This document shows, piece by piece, positions 29,301 to 37,400 of a stretch of 64,000 nt of DNA. Both the position numbers and the translations under genes were made by a program. The notes under the pieces were generated by a model. That model was not told the DNA's origin. It did no database searches and saw only the letters and a program-made list of their open reading frames with translations. Each line of letters starts with the position of its first letter. Position 1 is the first letter of the stretch. This DNA comes from an uncultured bacterium (GTDB taxonomy: Bacteria; Verrucomicrobiota; Verrucomicrobiia; Verrucomicrobiales; DEV007), in the NCBI GenBank assembly GCA_963977015.1, contig CAXBMO010000005.1:32001-96000 (forward strand). The letters run 5' to 3'.

Positions 29301-29409
29301 AGAAGGCAAGGTGGCCTGGGTTCAAACCGGTTTCGTTCCCGGAGTTGGCGAGGAACTCAAGAACGTCATCACAGAGCTTCTCAATCCCAGCGAGCCTGGC
29401 TCGAATTGA
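26308..29409 (+). CDS. Large secreted protein with C-terminal TlpA-type thioredoxin domain
   Basis: ATGA overlap with the upstream stop. C-terminal APPF.L...FWATWCGPC...GIPHTVLID. Confidence 0.85.
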   Translation: MKNTFQIHRTMREYASVVAMVIAALLLCPESGAQTTNLPGELVWTNGDKLVGKLVGARNDQIHWSSEIFAEPIVLDTAHLESIELFSEKETASGGPFRASLVNGDVIHGSLIHLNDTWITMESSRHGTIKIKRDSVIHLRRLNHPSLIFLGPNGREGWSVQSRRTSVNFWGMRPGGGLYSPRWRSELFRRLIYPEKVEVEVMLRSSERPEFTIALDQRLDTTVRLETWDDELVVTRGTDFSPVMTLGKNDRSVHLRLFWDRQAGEMFIHSGDGTQLARLPAKTDSNSTKNDAFYLLNKGIDLELGKLRISKWNGRPPVKVRNDEGHVRLLDGEFAYGAVTGLTASDGSITLSGGKRVPLDRIDTIRFSNPATATPKQQPVEMTFADGSLLSGTLAGISNGKVLLQTPYTDQPIPSGLQEARQLRFRKDSAPPIDTSDQLHTSEKVLHGSIAGGAGPNPIRWRPLGAVEPVSLAPGIPARMVRTRTQSVGNLDGDRVFLSSGEIVSCRVASMNGTEMKLSSSFSEIETLPGSQIRAVEFREGRLQLSGFRDRAWTKMPIDGGKSLREAERLVLDGGGIAHPSILRADEIAFDLKWLKTEQGGVTLSLFAQELLDTPAPLDISFSCWSNRLWVAGMEPTLGNNLGGDDINIENGYAQVMIRATTDRVFVWVNGKQLVNLHLDAKKRLGNGLRIWSGGPWFEAGAKLSSVTIQKFEVRSSTGLLAPLRVDDSAKEHVLATPRFRRDNPDTHVLIAPNGDLLRGRLGDANSEQIGFTSRLKEFQFPRERVAGLVSLESSDSTLPQLENEARVVLNDGAVIRLVPTEMSATILKGKSPSLGDCELPVAAIRQIHLAEVEPIPDQLIYADWTRQEPREPVIPKAGAPGTQSQMIGKAAPPFRLPLLSGETFDLEEQRGQLVVLEFWATWCGPCQAAFPEYLEALGHFNPDEVRFITVNQAEPAAIVKPYLKRHNWNFEVALDSRESVARKYGVQGIPHTVLIDREGKVAWVQTGFVPGVGEELKNVITELLNPSEPGSN

Positions 29410-29414
29410 TCCGG

Positions 29415-30404
29415 CTACTTCTTGGCAAACGCCTCGAAAGCTTCGGAAATCTTCGCCGACTTCTCATCGCCTTCGTGAAAAATGACGCGATAGCGCAGGG
29501 CAAATGAATCGCCGTTTTTCAGTTCAAAGGTGCCATCTTCCAGTTTCGCGACGCTCTTCATTCCGAACGGGTTTGCGGTGAAGAGCCCGTAACCCCGGAC
29601 GTGCCAGGGCGTTGGGTGGCGCATGTTCGTTGGATGATCCAGAATCGCGATTCCAACGTGGGAACCATCCACCGGTCCGTTGAAATCGCACCACTCCGCC
29701 CGCTTTCCCCAAGCGTCGCCGTCACGGTCTCCGAGACTATTGACGATCGTCCCTCCTTCCTTCGCCTCCACACACATGCTGTGGGCAACCCGGAGATTGA
29801 ACCCCGAATCCTTGGCATCACCGATCGTGACGCCGTTCTCGCCCCCCGTGAACTGAAGCGTCGCATCAACAATTCGCGATCCCGTTTCTTTATCGACCGA
29901 AAACTCAAAGGTTCGCACGTCTGACATCATCGTGTTACCCGAAGAGTCGCGATAATCATTCGTCACGATGAGAGTCGCAGAATTTCCTGACGCTTCCGCT
30001 GTTTTCACCGCCGTATGAGCCGTCGAACCGAGCACCTTTAGGCGTTTCTCCAATTCTTCCGGCCCTTTCTTGGAATAGCGCTCTTCCAGGGTCAATTTTT
30101 CGTGCCAAGTATCGAATCCATTCAACTCCTGATGACCAAACCAAAAGGATCGATGGTGAGGATGATCCTGCTTTTCCCCCTCCACATCCTTCATGGGGTA
30201 ATTCCGCGTCATCTCTTTCCCCGTTGGTCCAATCACCGGCCAAAAATACGGTTTGTTGGTGCCCTCTCCGAAGTGGTATTTCGTGAAGAGTTTGCCATCG
30301 ATCGAAATCTCAACGCCATCATCAGCCGTTTCGATCGAAAATTCCGCAGCATTGAGCGGACCAACCAGCAAGAGGGACAGAAAAAGAAGAGGGGCTAACT
30401 TCAT
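29415..30404 (-). CDS. PmoA-like / DUF6807 family secreted protein
   Basis: KPYFWPV, DHPHHRSFWFGH, WGKRAEW, DHP.N, WHVRGYGLF.ANPF. Signal peptide. Confidence 0.85.
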   Translation of the reverse strand: MKLAPLLFLSLLLVGPLNAAEFSIETADDGVEISIDGKLFTKYHFGEGTNKPYFWPVIGPTGKEMTRNYPMKDVEGEKQDHPHHRSFWFGHQELNGFDTWHEKLTLEERYSKKGPEELEKRLKVLGSTAHTAVKTAEASGNSATLIVTNDYRDSSGNTMMSDVRTFEFSVDKETGSRIVDATLQFTGGENGVTIGDAKDSGFNLRVAHSMCVEAKEGGTIVNSLGDRDGDAWGKRAEWCDFNGPVDGSHVGIAILDHPTNMRHPTPWHVRGYGLFTANPFGMKSVAKLEDGTFELKNGDSFALRYRVIFHEGDEKSAKISEAFEAFAKK

Positions 30405-30473
30405 CAGACACCATTTGTGGGGATCGCGAAATTGCAATCCCTCATCATCCCGATTTGCCCACCAAATCCGCGA

Positions 30474-30923
30474 TCAGCCCTGTCTTTCTTCTCCCCCGCC
30501 CGGCAAATCTTCCAGTTTATGGCGTCGAGTCTCCTCAATGAATTCGCGAATCCCCTTGAGATCGACCGACGAGGTCTCCTTCAAATATTCGCGCACTTCT
30601 TCAGACATGGGGCGGCCGGACTCCAGCGTATTCTGCGTTGGTGGGGCAACGCGTGGTGCCGGCGTTGAAGCCGCAGCGGCCGAAATGGCTTCGGCCTGAT
30701 GATTCAACTCAGCTTGCTTCTTCAACAATTTCTGTTTCTCGCGAAAAAAGCCAACCACGAACCCGAGCAAGGAGAAGAGCAAGGGCACGGCGTAAAGAAC
30801 AACCGAAGGGAGAACCTTAAACAGTCGCCCCGCGTCTCCCTGAAAAAACGCATACCCGCTTCCCACTATCAGCAGAAGAGAAGCGACGTAAAAAATGGCA
30901 GCATATACAAATCCCGTAGTCAT
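30474..30923 (-). CDS. Small membrane protein, hypothetical
   Basis: Two hydrophobic segments followed by a charged helical tail. Fills the intergenic gap. Confidence 0.65.
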   Translation of the reverse strand: MTTGFVYAAIFYVASLLLIVGSGYAFFQGDAGRLFKVLPSVVLYAVPLLFSLLGFVVGFFREKQKLLKKQAELNHQAEAISAAAASTPAPRVAPPTQNTLESGRPMSEEVREYLKETSSVDLKGIREFIEETRRHKLEDLPGGGEERQG

Positions 30924-31069
30924 GATCTCTACAAAGGTGACGCTGATTGAGCGAAATCGTATCTTCTAAAGTGGGGCAAATGCTCAATCTTGCAACCTCT
31001 AGTCGAAATTCCCCCACCAGAAGCGCCCCACAGCGAGGTTCCGCTTCCCCAGCCCATCCAATTCTCCGC

Positions 31070-31097
31070 ATGACAAATCACTACACCTTGCTAAGGT
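31070..31097 (+). promoter_or_regulatory. Putative ppdK promoter
   Basis: ATGACA-16 nt-TAAGGT with an extended-10 TG, about 57 nt before the start. Confidence 0.4.
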
Positions 31098-31154
31098 CGC
31101 GCCGAAATCCCCCGCTAAAATAAGTAAAAACACACCTAAAAATCGACTGATTCG

Positions 31155-33860
31155 ATGGCTACCAAATACGTATACTCCTTCTCTCCCTCTGGCTCCGATG
31201 GGGATGGCAAACAGAAACCTCTCCTTGGCGGAAAAGGAGCAAACCTCGCTGAAATGTGCAACATCGGCCTGCCAGTTCCTGCAGGCTTCACGTTGAGCAC
31301 TGAAGTTTGCGTTGATTACTACAAAAACGACAAGAACTACCCCGCCGAGCTCGAACAGCAGGTCAACGACGCAGTAGCCAAGCTCGAAGCAGATCAAGGC
31401 AAAAAGTTTGGCGATCCTTCCAACCCGCTTCTCGTTTCCGTCCGCTCCGGCGCCCGCGAATCGATGCCCGGAATGATGGATACCATTTTGAACCTCGGCA
31501 TCAATGATGAAGTGGTTGCAGGTCTCGCGAAAAAGACCGGTAATGAGCGTTTCGCATGGGACAGCTACCGTCGTTTCCTTCAAATGTACGGCGACGTCGT
31601 CATGGGCGTCCAGGCCGGCGAAGGCGAAGATCACGAACCCTTTGAAGAAGTCATTCACGCCCTCAAAACCGAATTGGGTAAGGTGGAGGACAATGATCTT
31701 ACGACGGACGATCTCAAAGAACTCGTCACGCGCTTCAAGCACCTCATCAAATCGCACACCGGAGAAGATTTCCCGGAAGATCCAATGACCCAACTTTGGG
31801 GCGCTGCCAGCGCAGTGTTCAACTCCTGGGAAAACGATCGCGCGGTTGTTTATCGCCGGAAGTATGACATCCCCGCAGCTTGGGGAACGGCCGTCAACGT
31901 TCAGGCCATGGTCTTTGGCAACAGTGGTGACACGTCCGGAACTGGAGTCGCCTTCACTCGTGACCCCGCCAACGGTGAAAAGGTCTTCTACGGTGAATAC
32001 CTCATGAACGCACAGGGCGAAGATGTCGTCGCTGGTGTTCGCACCCCCAAGCAATTGGCCGAGATGGTGGAGGATATGCCCGAAAGCTACAAGCAACTCG
32101 GAGAAGTATTCGAGAAGCTGGAAGCCCACTTCAAAGATGTGCAGGACGTCGAGTTCACGGTTGAAGACGGTAAACTCTACATGCTGCAAACCCGGAACGG
32201 CAAGCGCACTGGCCTCGCCGCTCTCAATATCGCCTGCGATATGGTCGAAGAAGGCTTGGTTGACGAAGATACCGCTTTCGGCCGCATCCCGGCGGACGAT
32301 CTGGAGCAACTGCTCGCCCCCATCTTCAACGCTGATGCGGAAAAGACCGCCCAGACGATCGGAACCGGCCTTCCCGCTGGCCCCGGCGCAGCCACGGGCA
32401 AGATCTACTTCAACGCAACTGACGCGGTCGCTGCCGCCGAAAAGGGCGACAACGTGATCCTCGTCCGCATCGAAACTTCTCCGGAAGATTTGCGCGGAAT
32501 GATCGCAGCAAAGGGGATTCTCACCTCTCGCGGAGGTTCCTCCTCACACGCAGCACTTGTGGCCCGTCAAATGGGCAAAGTCTGCATCTGCGGAGCAACG
32601 GGCATCCAAATCGATTACACGTCCAAGACCGTCACCGCAAATGGTGTCACCTTGAAGGAAGGCGAAGACATCTCCATCAACGGCACCAACGGAAACGTTT
32701 ATGCCGGCGCGATTGAAACCGCTCCATCCGAGATCATCCAGGTGCTCGTCGAGAAGACGATGGCTCCCGGCGACTCGGCACTTTACGCGAAGTGGGAAAA
32801 ACTGATGGCATGGTGCGACCGGACCCGCAAACTCGGCGTCCGCACCAACTCAGACGATCCTGAACAAGTGAAACGCGCAATCGGGTTCGGTGCGGAAGGC
32901 ATCGGCCTGACCCGGACCGAGCACATGTTCTTCGAAGGCGATCGCATTGACGCCGTGCGTGAAATGATTCTCGCAGAAACGCTCGAAGCACGGAAAACCG
33001 CACTCGCGAAGCTTCTCCCTTACCAGCGCGAAGACTTCACTGGCATTTTCGAAGCACTCGACGGCCGTCCCGGAACCATTCGTCTCCTCGACCCACCGTT
33101 GCACGAGTTCCTGCCTCACACCGATGAGCAGAAAAAGGATCTCAGCAGCAAGATCGGCGTCAGCGTTGAGAAGATCAACGAGCGCTGCGACGCCCTCCAC
33201 GAGTTCAACCCAATGCTCGGCCACCGCGGTTGCCGACTTGGCATCGTCTACCCGGAAATCACTGAAATGCAGGCCCGCGCCATCTTTGAAGCGGCTGCCG
33301 ACGTGAAAGCGAAGGGCATCGACGTCTTGCCGGAAGTGATGGTGCCGCTCGTCGGTTACAAGCGCGAATTCGACCTCCAAGCCCAAGTCATCAACCGCGT
33401 CGCGGCAGAAGTGAAGGCTGAAAAAGGCGTCGAGTTCGACTACCTCGTCGGCACGATGATCGAGTTGCCACGCGCAGCCCTCACCGCGAACGAGATCGCC
33501 GAGAGCGCTGACTTCTTCAGCTTCGGAACCAACGACCTGACCCAGACCTGCCTCGGCCTCAGCCGTGACGACAGTGCCGGATTCATGGGCGCCTACCAGG
33601 AAGCCGACGTGTTCGCCAAGAACCCGTTTGCCGCCATTGATCAGGACGGCGTTGGCCAATTGGTTCAACTCGGAGTCGAGCGCGGACGCAGCACCAAGCC
33701 TGATCTCAAGCTCGGCATCTGCGGTGAGCACGGTGGTGAACCAAGCTCGGTGAAGTTCTGCCACCGCGCAGGACTCAACTACGTGAGCTGCTCTCCCTTC
33801 CGCATTCCGATCGCACGGATGGCGGCCGCTCAGGCGGTTTTGGAGGAGAAGAACTCCTAA
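31155..33860 (+). CDS. ppdK: Pyruvate, phosphate dikinase
   Basis: [32 protein letters not shown] phospho-His loop, [22 protein letters not shown]. Confidence 0.98.
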   Translation: MATKYVYSFSPSGSDGDGKQKPLLGGKGANLAEMCNIGLPVPAGFTLSTEVCVDYYKNDKNYPAELEQQVNDAVAKLEADQGKKFGDPSNPLLVSVRSGARESMPGMMDTILNLGINDEVVAGLAKKTGNERFAWDSYRRFLQMYGDVVMGVQAGEGEDHEPFEEVIHALKTELGKVEDNDLTTDDLKELVTRFKHLIKSHTGEDFPEDPMTQLWGAASAVFNSWENDRAVVYRRKYDIPAAWGTAVNVQAMVFGNSGDTSGTGVAFTRDPANGEKVFYGEYLMNAQGEDVVAGVRTPKQLAEMVEDMPESYKQLGEVFEKLEAHFKDVQDVEFTVEDGKLYMLQTRNGKRTGLAALNIACDMVEEGLVDEDTAFGRIPADDLEQLLAPIFNADAEKTAQTIGTGLPAGPGAATGKIYFNATDAVAAAEKGDNVILVRIETSPEDLRGMIAAKGILTSRGGSSSHAALVARQMGKVCICGATGIQIDYTSKTVTANGVTLKEGEDISINGTNGNVYAGAIETAPSEIIQVLVEKTMAPGDSALYAKWEKLMAWCDRTRKLGVRTNSDDPEQVKRAIGFGAEGIGLTRTEHMFFEGDRIDAVREMILAETLEARKTALAKLLPYQREDFTGIFEALDGRPGTIRLLDPPLHEFLPHTDEQKKDLSSKIGVSVEKINERCDALHEFNPMLGHRGCRLGIVYPEITEMQARAIFEAAADVKAKGIDVLPEVMVPLVGYKREFDLQAQVINRVAAEVKAEKGVEFDYLVGTMIELPRAALTANEIAESADFFSFGTNDLTQTCLGLSRDDSAGFMGAYQEADVFAKNPFAAIDQDGVGQLVQLGVERGRSTKPDLKLGICGEHGGEPSSVKFCHRAGLNYVSCSPFRIPIARMAAAQAVLEEKNS

Positions 33861-33909
33861 GCGCTTCATCGTAACGGAATCCGCAAGGAATTCCGACTCG
33901 CTGAATTTG

Positions 33910-33945
33910 AAGCCCTGTCGACTTCGGTCGGCAGGGCTTTTTTTT
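33910..33945 (+). terminator. Intrinsic terminator of ppdK
   Basis: AAGCCCTGTCGAC-TTCG-GTCGGCAGGGCTT stem with a UUCG loop running into a T8 tract. Preceded by a GCAA-loop hairpin at 33875-33895. Confidence 0.92.
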
Positions 33946-34167
33946 GAGGGCGGATTGCCCCCCCCGACGGGACACACGATTCGCTCGAAGATTGTGCCGT
34001 TTTACGCGTTCAACACTGCTCCGTTCCTTTCACGAACCGTTTCCACCATCTCCAGCCAACCGGGTTTGCTTCGTCAAGCAACGTGGTCGTTGCGATCCGG
34101 CAAGCTGCCGGCTTCCCATTCCCGCATCATCCCACCCGAGTCTTGGGTTGGCGCATTCGACTGGTTT

Positions 34168-34401
34168 TCAAGACTGCGGACCGCAGCCACCAAAGGGATT
34201 TCAGCCTCCGCCCGGCGGCGGGCTGGGTGCGGCCCCGGAAGGAGAGATGAAGCCGTAGCCGCCGGAGATGACCCGGCGCACCGGGACACCGGTGTCGGGA
34301 TGCCGTTTGAGCGGTGGATCGGTCATGCTCTGACGAACTTCGAACTGAATCGGAGCCTCGTTGCAGCAGTCCGGAATGGTCTCGTAAACGTAGGTCGGCA
34401 T
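34168..34401 (-). CDS. FmdB-family small protein; probable selenoprotein (in-frame UGA at 34201-34203)
   Basis: MPTYVYE...FEVRQSMTDPPL..HP.TG.PVRRVISGG is the FmdB-like pattern. The ORF to the first TGA is 34201..34401. Readthrough gives ...GGG-U-NPFGGCGPQS to the next TGA at 34168-34170. Confidence 0.75.
34172..34188 (-). promoter_or_regulatory. Candidate bacterial SECIS element
   Basis: Hairpin GGCUGCG-GUC-CGCAGUC starts 12 nt after the UGA. It has a G/U apical loop and resembles the fdhF SECIS upper stem GGUUGCAGGUCUGCACC. No U-tract follows it. Confidence 0.6.
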
Positions 34402-34413
34402 GACTCAAACACC

Positions 34414-37400
34414 TTACTTCATGGGATGCTCCTTGAGCAAGTCCGCCGGTTTGTAGAATTGGCCGGGCTGCCGGTCGGAAGTGGCTTTGCGGACTTTTTT
34501 GACCGTTTCCGGCTTCACCACCGAAGCGTTGTTACCAAAGGCGTTGCGAACGTAGGTCAACACACCCGCAATTTCCTCGTCATTGAGAAAGCCTGCAAAT
34601 GGTGTCATGGGAGGCACTCCCTGGCTTGGGTCATACGTTTTGCCGTTAACCTCAATGGGGCCCCATAATCCATGGAGCACGAGTTTGATGAGACGCTCTT
34701 CGCTTCCACTCACCCACGGACTCTTCGTCAGTGGTGGATAAATATTCGGAACCGCCCCTACCCCATCGGCGCCATGGCAAGTCTCGCAGTGTGCATCGCG
34801 GCCATAGACTTCCTCGCCGATCTTCCAAAGCTTTTTCTCAGCATTGGTGAGATGGGAGGGAGCTTTGGGTTTGGGAGCTTCCTTCGTTTTCAGCTCAAGC
34901 TTTCCCTGGGTGAGAAGCTCGGCGTTCTTGTTGTCACCAATATCGAGTCCTTCAGCATCATCTTTCAGGGTCCAGTAGGCAGCCTCGATCGATGGCCCCA
35001 TCCATTTGTCGAACGGTAGGCGAACCGCCTCCATGAGAATCTTGGCCCCGTCCTGATTATCGAGCCAGCTGGCGGCAACGATCGCTTCGAGTCGAACGCG
35101 AGGATGTTCGTCGGTCGCTGCATCAAGGAAGAGTTCGGTGCTGTTGGGCACCTGCCCGTGGGTGAAGCGGAGTACATCGACGGCGGCTGCGCGGACTTGG
35201 TGGCGACTGTCATTGAGCGCCTGTCTGAGAATGTGGTGATCGACTTTGCCTTGCGCCCAAGTCGCCCACAAACCTTCGAGGAGGTGACGCCCGTAATCCG
35301 GATCACTCGGGCTGAGACCGGCTACCCATTTGCGAACTGCCGGAAGCACTTCCGCAGGGGCGTGTTCGCGAAGCTCGCGACGGGTGCGATATCGGGTCCG
35401 GTATTCGTGAGCTTTGAGGTTCTCCAACAGATTGGCGACCGGCTCACCATCGATTTTGGCCGGCTCGACCAAGGGACGGGATGGATAGGTGAGTCGGTAG
35501 ATACGGCCATACTGCGAATTGCGATTGGGGTCGCGCGCGGAATGCTGCATGTGCCCGATGAGGGCGTTGTGCCAATCGACGATGTAGAGAGAGCCATCGG
35601 GCGCGAATTCAAGGTCGGCAGGGCGATAGTTTCCGTCATCGCTGCGCACGAGATCCTGCCGGTGGCGTCCCTGAAAGCCGGATCCATCTTCCAACACCGT
35701 GTGTTGCTTGGTGCCGAGAAAGCCAATCGTGTTGTTGAGCAGGTAGTCGCCCTGAACAGCGTCAGGGAAATGGCGACTGGAAACAAATTCGCCGCCGGAG
35801 GTGGGCCGCACCTTGTGAGTTGTGAATTGCTCGGTCTTTCCAATTTCCATCCCATGCGGAGTCTTGGCGCTTAGGGCTGTCATCCACCAATTCGCTCCTC
35901 CGGAAGCATCGCCAAGGAAGTCCTGGCCAAATTCATCGAAGGAAACGGCCCAGGGATTGGAGTAGTCGGACTGGGAATGGCGGATCAACTTCCACGAACG
36001 CGGATCAAAGCGCCAAACGCCGCCATCAGTCATGCGCTGAGGGCCATACGGAGTCTCAACCTGACTGTGGAGAAATCGCCCTTCGCAAAGATAAAAGGCG
36101 CCGGAAGCGTCCGCGCAGTAGGCTGAAATGGCGTGGTGAGTATCGTGAGAATCGAATCCGTCCACGATACGGGTGCGCTTGTCGGCCACGTCGTCGCCGT
36201 CGGTGTCTTCGAGCAACATCAGGTAAGGTTCCTCGCTAACGTAAACGCCTTCGGGCGCAAGTTCGAAGCCGATGGGAACGTGAAGACCTTCTGCGAAAAT
36301 CGTCCGTTTATCCGCACGGTTGTCGCCGTCGGTATCTTCAAAAATCAGGATCTTGTCATTGGGTCGCTCACCTCCGGGGAGATAATGCGGATAGCTCGGA
36401 ACGGTGGAAACCCAGAGGCGGCCTTTCGCATCGAACGACATTTGGACCGGATTCTGCAGGAGCGGAAACTCTTTCTCGGAAGCAAACAGCTCCAATTTGT
36501 AGCCTTCCGGGAGCTGGAAGCGCGACATGGCGGCGGGAGGATCGAGATATTCGATCTTCCGCGTGTAGTTCGTGATGACCTTGCTCAGCTTACGTGTTTT
36601 AGAGTCATCCACGGCCTTGTCCTTGCCTTGGGCGATGGCCCAGATTTTCTCATCACGGAGGAACCCCATCTGGCGGATTTTCTCGATCTCTTCCGGATAG
36701 TTCACGTTGCCGTATGGCGCCCAGCGACGTCCCCAAACGTGAACACCGTTCAGCATCCGGTAATCATTGTGCCAGAGCCAATTCCGATCAAGAATCGCCT
36801 CGCGAAGCTTGGCCAATTGCTCGGGTTTCGTCTTCAGTCGAATGGGGCCAAAGAGCTTTTCCATCAGCACCGGAGCAAGCAATTCGTAACCGTCGGAGTT
36901 GAGATGACAGCCGTTGAGTGTGAGTTGGGAACCATCGACGGAGAACCAGTCTTTCGTCACCGAAAAGAGATCGATTCCGCCCACGTTCCTGGCTTTGGCA
37001 ACTTCGAGAACCGCTTGGGAATAGGCTTCCAAGCGCTTGTTCTCCGCTTGGCCAGAAGGCAAATCATAGGCATCGCGCCGGTCTTCAAAGGCAATCGGCG
37101 TTACCAAAACCAGCTTTGGCGCAGACTTGCCACCGTTGTAGCTGAGGCTCAGCGTGTGATCGACGAAGGCGCTCAATTCCGCTTTGAAATTGGCCAGCCC
37201 ATCCATCCCATCGAATGACTCATTGTAGCCGAAGAATGCGACAATCGTGTCCGCCTTCAGATCCGCCAGCCACTCATCGGGATAGGGGTAGTGACCATTC
37301 CCGGGTTTCAATCCGGGAATGTGCGTTTGCTTGTCGGGGTGAAACTTCTCGGCACCGGGAAACGCCCAGGGAGTATCGCGTGCCGGATGAGCGCGAAATC

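Noticed and set aside
34085-34135. Cobalamin-riboswitch-like AATGGGAAGCCGG on the minus strand
   Set aside because: No T-loop in the following hairpin, no ACUG/B12-box elements, and no downstream gene on that strand.
34172-34188. Hairpin after the FmdB-like TGA as an intrinsic terminator
   Set aside because: No U-tract follows on either strand. Its spacing and loop fit a SECIS better, though this is unproven.
34150-34215. tRNA-Ser(UGA) or tRNA-Sec-like anticodon arm (GTCTTGAAAACC / TTTCAAG)
   Set aside because: No acceptor stem, D-arm or properly placed T-arm could be built on either strand.
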